Sequence record: NZ_CP085281.1
DNA length: 64,000 bases
Source: a plasmid
Direction: 5' to 3' (one strand)
The translations under genes and the position numbers were made by a program. Shown one piece after another: positions 38,920 through 49,148 of this stretch (its first letter is position 1; each line of letters begins with the position of its first letter). The notes under the pieces are model-generated. The model searched no databases, was not told the origin of the DNA, and saw only the letters and a list, made by a program, of their open reading frames with translations.

Positions 38920-40590
38920 TCACCGACATACTTCCCCGAACGTCTTCGACACGCCTGTCGGGCAGAGAACAGGGGACTGGATGTTTCCAGGGCAGGTCAC
39001 TCGATCGAACCCGGCGATGGTGGTGGCGAAGGCCTGAGTGAGTGCCTGTTGGTCGGCGTAGAGGGTGTAGGTAGCGGTCTGCGGTCCGCCGGGGTCGGAG
39101 TTGGGCCCGCACTTCACTGAGGCCTGCGCTGAGTCGTCGCGTGCGGTGCAGCTGGTATCTGAATACCCCTTGGGCACAGCGTTTTTGACTCGCTGAATGT
39201 CTGCGTCGGATGGGTGGACTGGGGTGGGTGCGGCCGCCTGGCCGCTGCCAGAGTCCGAACCGGCGACGTTATATATGGCGATCGCGGTGAGGATGACGCC
39301 GATGAGGATGACGGCCGATATCGCGATGGCCTTCGTCGAGGGTGTCCGCCGGCTCCGTGTCGTGGGAATGATTTGCGGCCACGCGGTGTGCTGCGGGGGC
39401 ATGTGAGGTGCAGGAGCGGGACGTGCGGGTCTGGCGGCCGGGGGCCAGGACGACGGGTAGGTGGGCGCCTCGCTGTGGCGCGTCGGGGACGGTGCCGGCG
39501 TCCTGGTGGCGGCGGCGACGGAGTGATCGTGTCCTGGCGGGCCCTGGGGAGGCGTCGGTAGACGCGCTGGCCCGCTTGCGATGTCCGCGCCGACGTCGGT
39601 GGGTGCGGGGGGACGTGCTGTCGTCGCTGTTGGGATGGGGCCGGTGATCTCGCTGGCGTCGGGGGTGCCCGTGGTTGGTGGCTCGCTGGCCACGGTCGGG
39701 CTGCTCGGCGCGGGGGTGGCGGGCAGGGTTTCCGCGCGTGTGGTCGTGTCGACGTCGCCGGTGTTGGGCTCCGCTGCTGTCGCCGTGCGAGCCGGGGTTA
39801 TCACCAACTCGGGGGCCCCGGTTAGGTCTGCCGCGATGGGCGCCGGACTGGACACGAGTGCGGGTGCGGGTGTCGGCGCGGCGGGATCCGGGTCTGATTC
39901 GCCTTCTTCGTCGGCTGCGATGTGTTGCTCGCCAGGGCGGTCATCGCCGACCGGCGGCACACCCGCGGGCAGGGCCACGCCGTCCGGCTCGCCGGCCGGG
40001 TCCTGTGCGACGAGCGGATCGTGGGGGGGTGCGGATGGTGCCGCGACCGCTGTGCTGGCGGTGGTCTGCCCGGAGTTCGCTGGTAGGTCGTCGCGTCCGG
40101 GCTCGGGGATGCTGTCGTCAGGGAGGTCTTCGATAGTGGCGAGTGCAGGACTGCGCCCCTGGTCTGCGACGGCTTCTTCCGCGGTGGCGTCCTGGGGAAG
40201 GTCGTCGATATCGACGGCGGCGACGGGATGGAGCTTGGCGTAGTCGACGGTCTGGTCGTCCCAGTAGCTGAGGTCGAGGATGTAGGCCAGATCGACCGGG
40301 AAGCGCTGCATGCCGTGATGGGGAGCCTCACCGGGGGTGCTCGCGCGCATCACGATGTCGCTCACCCACAGGAACGGTCCCGAGTCGTCGAAGTCCAGGC
40401 GCTCGGTTGGGAACGTGGACGTATCGGTGCTCGCCTCGATGTGGTGCTTGAGCTGTCGGTCGAGTCGTGCCGAAAAGTACGTCTGCCCGTCCGGGCCCTG
40501 CCGAATGTCGACAGTCTCCCCGCCGAGGGGAAGCTGTCGGCGCAGGTCATCAGGGCCTACCCGGAGGTGGCTGATCGAGAACCGTGACAC
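38920..40590 (-). CDS. membrane protein: conserved N-domain (paralog of 13875..14834), long Pro-rich linker, TM helix, extracellular Cys-containing C-terminal domain
   Basis: GTG start at 40590 ('VSRFSIS...'), which aligns with 'MSRFVIQS' of the paralog. TM 'AIAISAVILIGVILTAIAIYNV'. The track ORF starts at 40731. Its stop lies 38 bp upstream of the recombinase A start. Confidence 0.6.
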   Translation of the reverse strand: MSRFSISHLRVGPDDLRRQLPLGGETVDIRQGPDGQTYFSARLDRQLKHHIEASTDTSTFPTERLDFDDSGPFLWVSDIVMRASTPGEAPHHGMQRFPVDLAYILDLSYWDDQTVDYAKLHPVAAVDIDDLPQDATAEEAVADQGRSPALATIEDLPDDSIPEPGRDDLPANSGQTTASTAVAAPSAPPHDPLVAQDPAGEPDGVALPAGVPPVGDDRPGEQHIAADEEGESDPDPAAPTPAPALVSSPAPIAADLTGAPELVITPARTATAAEPNTGDVDTTTRAETLPATPAPSSPTVASEPPTTGTPDASEITGPIPTATTARPPAPTDVGADIASGPARLPTPPQGPPGHDHSVAAATRTPAPSPTRHSEAPTYPSSWPPAARPARPAPAPHMPPQHTAWPQIIPTTRSRRTPSTKAIAISAVILIGVILTAIAIYNVAGSDSGSGQAAAPTPVHPSDADIQRVKNAVPKGYSDTSCTARDDSAQASVKCGPNSDPGGPQTATYTLYADQQALTQAFATTIAGFDRVTCPGNIQSPVLCPTGVSKTFGEVCR

Positions 40591-41166
40591 AGCGCAACCT
40601 ACCGCCGTGGCGACCGAGTCGGCGCGACCGTCGAGCGATCCGAGGCGATGTCGCCGTAACCGTGGAGAACGAGGCGGCGCTGATCTTCCAGCAGCACGTC
40701 GACCCACCCGATGCCCAGGCGTTCGGTGCAAATCTCGACACCGCGCACCGTGCTGCCGTAGTCGGGGAGGTAATCGCCTTCTTGCAGGTCATGCACGACG
40801 ATGACCTGAGTCGTCTCCGTATGCGGTGCACTCGCCGTGGGACGCTCTCCGAGAACGGTCATGGTGTCGGTCTCCTCTTCGAGCGCCGGCCGCAGTCAGG
40901 CCGATGGTTGGCGGCGTTGCATCCAGGCTATCGGCGCGTTTGGCTCACACAGCGTCTCGACCACCTTCGATTTCGACAGCGGTGGCGGCCAGGTTCACGG
41001 CGTTCTGAAACAGAATCCCCGGGGCCGCGATCCAGGTAGCCAGGAAATCCCTCGCGTGCCAACATCTGCAGCCGCCGCCCCGTGACATGGTCGACCATCG
41101 AATGGTAGTGAATGTTAATTCGCGGCATGTCTGTTAGCAGATGGGTGTACATGTTATTTATGGTGC

Positions 41167-42471
41167 ATGGAGAACACGCCAGCGTTCGGAAAGGCCGTCC
41201 GCGAGCAGCGCGGCGACCGCACGCAAACGGAGATCGCCAACCTTGGGGGTCCATACCGCCAGCTTCAAGGACGCATCGAAAAGGGCGACCACATCGAGGT
41301 CCCCGATAAAGCCTTGCGTCAGTTCGACGTCGCTTTCGGATGGGCTCCGGGCACCGCCGCGACCATCCTGCGCGGTTCACAGAAAGGCCTTGTCGCAGCA
41401 CCGCCGCCGCGCATCGCAGTTGGAGCGCTGGGCTACGACGCCGAGACCGGCCAAGCGGTTGAGTTCCCAGCCCGTCTGCGAACAACGCTTGCACCCGGTG
41501 ACCTCGTAGACGCAATCTGCTCCTGGCCGGGGATCGTCGTCGCCGATACTCAGGTTTTCGACAGTCCCGACCGCTCTGCTCTAAGAGGATTGCCGGGGCG
41601 TCTCCCCGAGTGGGTTCTGAAAAGCGAAATAGGCCCTACAGGACAGCGTTTAGCGTCCCAGTGGGGAGCTGGAGCCGACGATCGCGTCGCGCTTACGGTC
41701 GGTGTCCAGTGCGCCGGCATCGACAGCGTTGCCATCGACCCGATCCCGGGAATGACCAACAGCGAGCAAGCCTCGCGGTTGATCGCTGCCGTCCGAGACA
41801 TTCGCCCGGACAGTACGAGCGTGGCCGGACGGGAGTTGGAAATCAGTCATACGCTCCTGCAACTGGCATGCCAGCGCCCTCATCCGGAGCGTCATAGGCG
41901 TGCCCTGCTGACCGTGGAACGCCCATTCTTGCGAACCGATGACGTTCTCTACGAGCCACTTTCCCCCTCGTGGAAGGAATTCCTCGACCAGGCGGAAACA
42001 ACGCTGCCGATGGAATACGCGGCGCCGTCTGTTGCTGCCCTGCTCTCCGGTCTAACAACAGCCCGGGATAACTCGATCGACATCATCCTCGACAAGTCGA
42101 CAACGCCGGCGAGAATAGCCAAACGCGAAGTCCCGACAGTCATTTTCCCGCAGGATCTTTCGGCCGGAACGCTCCTGCTTCATGACGCCGAGGTCAGTCC
42201 CGAGCTTCCCGCTGTCGTCACATGGGCCACTGACCATCCCGTGTTGGTGATCGCGCAAAAGCCAGCCCCCACATTCTCGAAACGGCTTTCTCAACCGAAC
42301 GTCGTTGAATTCCTACTCCCGTACAGCTACGGGCTTGCCGACACACGCCTGGCGCCTGGCTGGGCCCTGCTTTCCCGCGCTACCGACATCAAGAACCCTC
42401 TGTTGACGTTCAGCGACGGCGACGGCCGCCGCTCCGCCAACGTGGTCCTGGCCTACACAGAGGCCGCATAG
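41167..42471 (+). CDS. XRE-family HTH protein with large C-terminal domain of unknown function (434 aa)
   Basis: N-terminal 'FGKAVREQRGDRTQTEIANLGG' HTH_XRE. Divergent from the 38920 gene. Confidence 0.6.
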   Translation: MENTPAFGKAVREQRGDRTQTEIANLGGPYRQLQGRIEKGDHIEVPDKALRQFDVAFGWAPGTAATILRGSQKGLVAAPPPRIAVGALGYDAETGQAVEFPARLRTTLAPGDLVDAICSWPGIVVADTQVFDSPDRSALRGLPGRLPEWVLKSEIGPTGQRLASQWGAGADDRVALTVGVQCAGIDSVAIDPIPGMTNSEQASRLIAAVRDIRPDSTSVAGRELEISHTLLQLACQRPHPERHRRALLTVERPFLRTDDVLYEPLSPSWKEFLDQAETTLPMEYAAPSVAALLSGLTTARDNSIDIILDKSTTPARIAKREVPTVIFPQDLSAGTLLLHDAEVSPELPAVVTWATDHPVLVIAQKPAPTFSKRLSQPNVVEFLLPYSYGLADTRLAPGWALLSRATDIKNPLLTFSDGDGRRSANVVLAYTEAA

Positions 42472-42531
42472 CGGCCCCTCACTCGCCTGAACGGGATGCC
42501 AGCGCAGCCGTAGCCGCGATGGCTTCGGTTC

Positions 42532-42720
42532 TCACCGTCGTTGACGCCGCACCACCTGGGTGTCCCAGATGCCTGTTCCGGGCACCCGCAGCGTTCGCCG
42601 TACGGTGCCGTCGGCGGAGCGGCTGAATCGTACGGGTCCAGCGCCGACGCTGACGGAGATCCCCCGCTGGGTGAGCGTGAAGCGGAAGGGGCCCAGTGTC
42701 GTGGTTTTGCGGAACTGCAT
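42532..42720 (-). CDS. DUF4236-like small protein (62 aa)
   Basis: 'GPFRFTLTQRGISVSVGAGPVRFS...GTVRRTLRVPGTG' is a DUF4236-type repeat pattern. Confidence 0.45.
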   Translation of the reverse strand: MQFRKTTTLGPFRFTLTQRGISVSVGAGPVRFSRSADGTVRRTLRVPGTGIWDTQVVRRQRR

Positions 42721-42824
42721 GGCGGTGCTCCTCTGGTGTCGGTGTCATAGATGAAGTACCGGCCTGGTGCCGTCTTTCCGTCACCTACGCCGCAAACTGG
42801 TCCACCGGACTGCGCTCGCATTCG

Positions 42825-43610
42825 ATGTGTGAGCATGTGGTCTGGCAGTTGCTGAGCCGGACACCATCTCGGGAAATTCGAGGCATCGCAGCGCGCTTTC
42901 TGGGCTGTCTCGGGTGGGAGACTGACCGGATGAGCCACCTAGTGCACGCCGCCGGTTTGCCGGTCCTACCGCCGGCTCGGGACTTCATCCTCTCCCCTGG
43001 CTTCGCAGGTGCGACAGCGCTGCTCGCCGCGCTCATCATCATGGGCGCCGTGGTGTACGGATCACGCCGCACCGGTAAGCGGCACCGCGCCGAACAGGAT
43101 CAAAACGAGCGGCATCACGCAGAGCGGCGCGCCGATGAACAGCACGCGGCCGCGGTCGCGCGCTGCTGGGATCGATGGTGGCAGGTATTGCAGACCGCTG
43201 CGCTCGAACCGGCAGCCAGCGAGGGGGCCACCTTAGGACTCGGTCCAGAGGTGACGCTGCAGGTGTTGAAAGGTCTTCTGCGAGACGCCGAGCAGCTCGG
43301 CGACGACACCCTCACCCAAGCGATCACCGTCTACCAGGAGCAATTCCTTCTCGTGCTGGCCCAGCAGAGCGGTCCGCTATCGCGGCTTGCCACTGAATCG
43401 ACAGCATCTCCCGCCGGCGCACGCTCCACCGCCCCGCTCCCGAGGGAAGCGGCTGCGCTCCCTATTGATGGCGCTGCACCACAGCGCAATTCAAGCTCCC
43501 CGCCCACGCGGCCAACGGCTATACCTTCTGCTTCCGGTGAGCCGGACGGCGCCGAGACCGCTGCCCCGGCCGCAGTGGACCAGACGACGGGAAGACGGCG
43601 CCGGCGATGA
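42825..43610 (+). CDS. hypothetical membrane protein
   Basis: Hydrophobic segment 'FAGATALLAALIIMGAVVYG'. Stop overlaps the next gene start (ATGA at 43607-43610). Start is uncertain; the track ORF begins at 42696. Confidence 0.4.
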   Translation: MCEHVVWQLLSRTPSREIRGIAARFLGCLGWETDRMSHLVHAAGLPVLPPARDFILSPGFAGATALLAALIIMGAVVYGSRRTGKRHRAEQDQNERHHAERRADEQHAAAVARCWDRWWQVLQTAALEPAASEGATLGLGPEVTLQVLKGLLRDAEQLGDDTLTQAITVYQEQFLLVLAQQSGPLSRLATESTASPAGARSTAPLPREAAALPIDGAAPQRNSSSPPTRPTAIPSASGEPDGAETAAPAAVDQTTGRRRRR

Positions 43611-45145
43611 CGACCACCCGGCAGCACATCGCCGACCTCGATCCCGCAACGTGGGCCAGGGTGACCCTGCGCGCGGCACAGGAGTCGGTCGAGGCGTCGA
43701 CGCGGGCGGGCTTGCGGCCACGGCCGGAGACGATCGCACTCGCCGCGATGACCGAGGCCGAACTCGTTGAACACCGCCAGCAAAACGGCCCGGCCAAGGC
43801 ACGCCTGTCCCCGGTGATGCAACTCGTCGAAGCCGATCAACGAAGCCGTGAGGCGCACAGTCGTGAGCGCGAAGCCCATCAGGATCGGCTGGACGCGCTA
43901 GCGGCCGCGGCGATGGCCCGAGCCGACGCCGACGAGTCCGCCCGCATCGCCACCCAGGCGCGGGAGCGTGTGCGCGAGGTGCAGGCCGAGGCTGACGAAA
44001 AGGACCGGCGACGAGCGCAGGAGCATGCGGCCGACCAGCAGGCGTTGCAGGCCATTCGTGCCGAGATCGAACAGATCCGTGCGGCCACTGCCGCCGAGGT
44101 CGAGCAGGTCCGCGCCGACGCCGCCGCCGAGGTCGCCGCGGCACATGAACGGGCCCGTGCGGCCGAGGAACGCGCAGAGCAGCGCGCCGCCGAACGCACC
44201 GCTGAGCGCGCCGCAGCCGAAGCGCTGGTGCAGGAGCTTCGCGATCAGCTCGAACGGCTCCGCGCCGACAGCGCCGCTGAGGTCACTGCCGCCCGGGAAC
44301 GTGCTGCAGCCGCCGACGCGCGGGCCGAGCAACGCTTGAACGAACGCGTGCAGGAGCGTGCCGCCGCTGAGGCAGCCGCAGGGCGGCTGCGCGCCGAAGT
44401 CGACCAGATCCGCGCCGATGCGGCCGCTGAGGTGGCAGCAGCCCGCGATGCGGCGAAGGGTGAAGTGGCCGCAGTGCGCGAACATGCCGCGGCTGAAATC
44501 CTGGAGGCGCAGCTCGGCGCCCAAGTCGAGGTCGACGCCGCCCAGGCTCAAATCACCGACGCCCAGCTCGCAGCGCAAGCTGAGATCGCAGAGGCTCGTC
44601 GCGCCGCGCAAGCCGACATCGATCGCGCCAACGCATACGCCGAAGACGTGGTGCGCCAAGCGCAGGAAGAAGTCGCACGGGTGACGTCCGCGGTCCGCGC
44701 GTCGGAGCCGCTGATGATTCCCATCGCCTCGGTGACGGTCCGCCCGCAGATCGGGTCGCTGGAGTCGGTGTTGGATGCCCTCTACCGGATCGATTATCTG
44801 TTGGAGAACTCGATGGCCACGTCGAGCCCGCCGCTCGACGTCGAGTACGTGCGTGGCCTCACCCGCACGGTTCAGGAGCGGGCCCAGGTTCTGTCGACGG
44901 AGTTGGCCGAGCTGCCATCGCGGTTCATCGAGCACTCCGACGTGGAGGCGTCCGCGTCCTACGCCAACGCCGCCGGCGCCGCCTATAGCGGTCTGCTGCA
45001 GCGCATCGAGGACGCCGCCTGGCAGCTCATGGGCCGCAACGAACATTCCGACGAGGCCGTGGTGGCCGCCGTCTCGACGATGGTCCGTGACCCGTGGGTG
45101 CACGGCCTTCGGGTCACGACGCAGGCACCCCCGGACGACGTTTAG
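43607..45145 (+). CDS. Ala/Glu/Arg-rich coiled-coil repeat protein (512 aa)
   Basis: Internal degenerate repeats of about 33 aa: 'QIRADAAAEVAAA.ERA.AAE.RAEQR..ER..ERAAAEA'. C-terminal globular ~130 aa. Confidence 0.6.
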   Translation: MTTTRQHIADLDPATWARVTLRAAQESVEASTRAGLRPRPETIALAAMTEAELVEHRQQNGPAKARLSPVMQLVEADQRSREAHSREREAHQDRLDALAAAAMARADADESARIATQARERVREVQAEADEKDRRRAQEHAADQQALQAIRAEIEQIRAATAAEVEQVRADAAAEVAAAHERARAAEERAEQRAAERTAERAAAEALVQELRDQLERLRADSAAEVTAARERAAAADARAEQRLNERVQERAAAEAAAGRLRAEVDQIRADAAAEVAAARDAAKGEVAAVREHAAAEILEAQLGAQVEVDAAQAQITDAQLAAQAEIAEARRAAQADIDRANAYAEDVVRQAQEEVARVTSAVRASEPLMIPIASVTVRPQIGSLESVLDALYRIDYLLENSMATSSPPLDVEYVRGLTRTVQERAQVLSTELAELPSRFIEHSDVEASASYANAAGAAYSGLLQRIEDAAWQLMGRNEHSDEAVVAAVSTMVRDPWVHGLRVTTQAPPDDV

Positions 45146-45246
45146 TGCGTTGCGAAACAGCGTATTTCATCACCAGCGCGCGTCGCTGAGTCCGGCGATG
45201 CCGCCCCTGGCACGTGAGTCTGGCGTCAGATTCGTTCCCCCGCCGA

Positions 45247-46545
45247 CTATTTGAGGTTTCCGTTAGTGTCGGCGGAGACCAACCCTGGGTTTATGCGCAG
45301 TTCGCCACGACCGTAAGCGAGGTCGAGGGAACGCAACCGCGAGACGGCGTTGCGGAACCCACCTCCGGCGGGGCTGTACCCGGTCGCGTCGGCGATCTCG
45401 GCAATGGGTACGTCGCGATCCGGATTGTCCGCCAGATGACTCAGGATCATGCGCGGCGCCTTGTCGAGCTGCTCGGACCACCAGGTGATGAGCCCCGGGC
45501 CAGGTGCCGGCAGCCGTTCCCAGCTGCCCAGCGCGGCCCGTCCGGCGTCGGTGATGCTGATGTCACCGCGGCCCTCGATGAGGCCGGCGCTGCGCAGCGC
45601 CGATAGCGCGTTGCGGAACCCGCCGCCTTTATGGCTGCGCCCCGTCAACAGGGCCACCTGGTTGGTGCTCCGCTGCCCGTGCTGAGCCAGGACGGTGAGG
45701 ATTTGACGTTCGGCCAACCGGAGCCGGCCGTCACCGGTTCCCTCGCCGGCAGGCGCGGGCGTCACCGGCTCCTGTGCCGGCGGTTCGAGCCGCGCCGGCG
45801 GTGGGGACGTGTCGTGTTCCCTGGTCACGGCGGGTGGCGCGGCAGCCAAGGCGCGTTCGACGTTCGCCGCGGCCGCGCAGATCTGTTCACCGATCGCATG
45901 CAGCTGCGCGAGGGCGTCGGTGAGGGCCGCGAGGTCCTCTGGCGAGAGCACTGGCACTTCGACGCGCTGCACCTGGGCGGCGCGCGCTTGTTCGGCGGCC
46001 AGTTGTCGTCGTAGGTCTTCAATCTCGGCCTGGACGTGGTCCCCAGCCCCCGCTGGGGACGCGGGCTGCGCATCCTGGCCGTCGCCGGCGTCGAGCTGGC
46101 GGCGTAACCCGTCGACATCGACCGGTGCCAAGGTGGTGGCAGTGTGCCGGCGTGCTCCCGCCTTCGGTGTGGCGCTGGAGTCGAAAGTACGGCGCCGGCG
46201 GACGGTGATGTGCTGGGTGACGCCGAGCCACTCCGGCGACCACACCCAGGCTTGCCCGACCGGTAGCGACGGCAGGGATTGCCGGACTTCGCGGGCGCGT
46301 CCTTCCTCGGCGTGCTGGGCAACCCAGTCGCTGATGGTGTTGACGTCTTGGGGTGCGGTCACGCCAAGGGCGATCAGCGAGTCGATCTGGCTGAGTACCG
46401 TCTTGTGCAGTGCAGCCGCTCTTTGGCTGCAGAGCGTCACTCCGAGCCCTTTGACGCGGCCACGGCGCACGATGTCCTCTGTGGCCCCGAGGAGGCGCTC
46501 AATGCCTGCTGGTGCGCGCTGCGGCGCGAACTCGTCGGCCTCCTC
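45247..46545 (-). pseudogene. 3' portion of a disrupted HerA/DUF87-like ATPase gene with C-terminal tandem winged-helix domains
   Basis: Begins with Walker-B-like 'EEADEFAPQ'. Then 'RRGRVKGLGVTLCSQR' (sensor/Arg finger), 'LPVGQAWVWSP' and 'VRRRRTFD'. Two wHTH repeats each carry 'GGGFRNA(L/V)S.LRS'. The track ORF (to 46905) reads upstream across an inverted-repeat boundary into unrelated sequence. Confidence 0.55.
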
Positions 46546-47095
46546 AACTTTTCCGACCGGCTGCGCCATCAGAACCTTCTGTGACCAGGGCGGTAGTCGT
46601 CCCGAACATGTACGTATCGTCTTGTGCGGACCCGAGGCTGGCGCTCCACCAAATCTAAAGTCGGGACGGGTGTGACGGGCAGAAGTCGCGACCCTCAGAG
46701 TCCGAGACCCAGCCGCGAGCAGCGGCTCATCACGGGCCGGGTCGGCTGCTACCAGATCCACGTCCGTGGTGGCATTGCAGTCCAGTGAATCGCACTCGAT
46801 GAGTAGCCACTCATCCGACACGGGGTGGTCAGAAAGTTCCTCGCAGGATTCGTCGGCGCGATCTCCAAGCAAGGCGCGCTTGCGTTTTACGATCTCGTCT
46901 TCCACCTGCTCAGCGAGTTGAGCGAGTGTGGCTTCCGAAAGGTCGATAGGGGGCAGGTGCCGCAGGCCCTCAAATGCGCTCAGCCCTCTGTGGTCGGCGA
47001 CGACGAGTGCATGATCGGCTGCGTCGCAGTTTTATCGGTCATCTTCGAGATCTCCTTGTTCCGTAGGGTGCCCCAGGACCACCTGGCACGGGGCG

Positions 47096-47881
47096 TTAGG
47101 CATCGGCTATCAGCCTCATCCGGTATTCGTGGTCTGGATCGCATTCATTCTCGTGCCACCAGCAGTCGGTGATTCTCGTTGCGACTTCCGCGGTTTCGTA
47201 CCGGGATAGCGCCGCCCAGAGTCCATCACTCGTGTCGAGACTGCCGGAGCGGAACTGCAGCCCGTCACGCTGCCAGATCTGCATCGTCACCGCGCCCTCA
47301 CCGGCCGGTTGCAGGCGCGTTAGCCAGCGGCCACAGAGTGGCAGTTCGGTGCCTTGTACCGCGGTCACATCCGGGGTGCTGAGCGCGTCGGCCGCAGACG
47401 CGTCTATGCGGATCTTGAACAGCGAGCTCGCCGGAAGTTCGTTGACCTCGCAGGGGCATGCCCAGCACCCGTAGGGCTGGCCGTCGAAGTCGACGCCCCC
47501 GCCGTGGCTGAGCAGGTCATGTTCACAGCCTGGGTTGGGGCACAGCTCGTCGTCGTGGGCGTCGAGGCCATCCATATGCTTGGTCATGTCGTGCGGTAGG
47601 CCGCCCGTCGTGAATCCTGGACACAGGCATCCGTCGTCGGCGGCGGCGATGTGAGCTGCTCCCGGCCTTTCGCCGTCAAATGCTCCGGGCAATGTCAACG
47701 GCGCCGGCCCGGCGGCAATACAGCCCGCACCATCGACGGTGCTGAAGTGGGCATGTACGGAGTGCTTGCAGATCCAGCACCGCACCGTCTGCGCAGAGAC
47801 TCGGCCTTCTCCCATCTCAGAACACAGCCGGCCATAAAGCGCTCGTGCTTGTTCGGCGGTGCGAGGAACCTCATCCGTCAT
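47096..47881 (-). CDS. Cys/His-rich hypothetical protein
   Basis: ATG at 47881 with GAAGGGGA RBS. Several CxxC / HxH / CPC motifs (CWIC, CLCPGF, CPNPGCEH, CWACPC). The track ORF extends to 47932. Confidence 0.5.
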   Translation of the reverse strand: MTDEVPRTAEQARALYGRLCSEMGEGRVSAQTVRCWICKHSVHAHFSTVDGAGCIAAGPAPLTLPGAFDGERPGAAHIAAADDGCLCPGFTTGGLPHDMTKHMDGLDAHDDELCPNPGCEHDLLSHGGGVDFDGQPYGCWACPCEVNELPASSLFKIRIDASAADALSTPDVTAVQGTELPLCGRWLTRLQPAGEGAVTMQIWQRDGLQFRSGSLDTSDGLWAALSRYETAEVATRITDCWWHENECDPDHEYRMRLIADA

Positions 47882-47994
47882 GGTTGTCCCCTTCGCTGCG
47901 CGCGCTCGACGCTCGACCGGCTGTGTCGGCACCGGCCGGACGGTCCAACATCAGGCCTATGCCCTCGACGTCGTCGTCAGCTCGGACGTCACGC

Positions 47995-48327
47995 TCAGAG
48001 TGCTGTTTGAGGGTCCGTTTGCCATGCCGGGCCTCTCGTCAGCTCCTTGCATGAGATGTGTCGTGGCAGCACAGGATGTCCGCGAAATGCGTTGTAATCG
48101 GCGCGATCGAAGGCATCCGTATAGCTGTGCCCCGATGCGTAGAAGACTCCCAGGAACACTGCGTCGTCCTCTGCATCAGGCGATTGGTGTTCGTACGCCT
48201 CGCACCTGACGGTGACCATGGGATCTGCCCCCGCCGACGCGGCAAGCGCCAATGCTGCCGATAGCGCAGAAATCCCCACCACGCATCGCTGCGACAACAC
48301 CCGTCGGCGCACATGCTGTGTAGCCAT
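47995..48327 (-). CDS. small secreted protein
   Basis: Signal peptide 'VVGISALSAALALAASAGA'. Two Cys residues. Confidence 0.45.
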   Translation of the reverse strand: MATQHVRRRVLSQRCVVGISALSAALALAASAGADPMVTVRCEAYEHQSPDAEDDAVFLGVFYASGHSYTDAFDRADYNAFRGHPVLPRHISCKELTRGPAWQTDPQTAL

Positions 48328-48374
48328 CGTCAGACTCCGTTTCTCGTTACCCATTCCGGGACATCTCGATCGTG

Positions 48375-49148
48375 TCACGAGCTGGCTTCGACCGGCTTGT
48401 ACCTGATGTCGGCCAGAGGCAGGTCATCAGGATGCAGCAGCTCGCCGCGGTGCGCCTCGAACTCCCAACGCAGCGCGTCATAGGACTGCTGTCCGAAATG
48501 CCGCCCGATGTGTGGGCGCAAAGCCAACGCCACATACGGGTCCGTGGTGCCCATGCACTCCAGCCGGTCGAGTAACCAGCCGAATCCCCCAACACGCTGC
48601 AGGAGCTCGCAGGCCTTCTCAATCACGCCGTTGCGCCGGTCATCGAACAACTCCGGGCCATACTTGCCGAACAGGTTCGGGTCATACGTCTCGGAGCCGT
48701 ACAGACAGGCCACCTCGCGCAACCGCGAATACTCACGACGGGCTGGATCGATCAACCAATCCCGCAACAGACGATCCTCCACGGCGACATAGCGGCTCAT
48801 ATCTCCGTCCAATTCCCCGGTCTCGACCACTCGAATCGCACGGAACCCCGTCGGATTTCCCTGCCATACCTCCCATATATCGATATCGCACCACGGATAC
48901 TCATCAGGGTTGTCGTACAGTTCGAAAGGCTCCGGATCTGGCTCCCTCAACTTTTCGTTGGGCACCCAAACAACTCCCGGCGGGGCCGTCGCGATTTTCA
49001 GCAGTGCCTCCCGATACTTCTGCCCATCTGGGTCAATCACGAGCCACCTCGACGCATCCTGCCCCGACCCATCGACCACCAAATCCGAATGCGGACAACC
49101 CAATGCCTCCGCTACCGCTGCACCACCACCATGTTCCTGCATCGCCAT
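48375..49148 (-). CDS. hypothetical protein (~257 aa)
   Basis: ATG at 49148 with AAGGACG RBS. The track ORF extends to 49394. Confidence 0.5.
   Translation of the reverse strand: MAMQEHGGGAAVAEALGCPHSDLVVDGSGQDASRWLVIDPDGQKYREALLKIATAPPGVVWVPNEKLREPDPEPFELYDNPDEYPWCDIDIWEVWQGNPTGFRAIRVVETGELDGDMSRYVAVEDRLLRDWLIDPARREYSRLREVACLYGSETYDPNLFGKYGPELFDDRRNGVIEKACELLQRVGGFGWLLDRLECMGTTDPYVALALRPHIGRHFGQQSYDALRWEFEAHRGELLHPDDLPLADIRYKPVEASS

Noticed and set aside
43491-45103. Minus-strand ORFs 43491..44144, 43879..44199 and 43898..45103 across the coiled-coil gene
   Set aside because: Reverse-complement shadows of the GC-rich Ala/Glu/Arg repeat gene. The plus-strand product has coherent heptad-like repeats.
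46546-46905. N-terminal 120 aa of the track ORF 45247..46905 (MEDEIVKRKR...)
   Set aside because: This part lies inside the inferred inserted element and reads across its terminal repeat. It is most likely fortuitous read-through, not native ATPase sequence. Left open in the findings.
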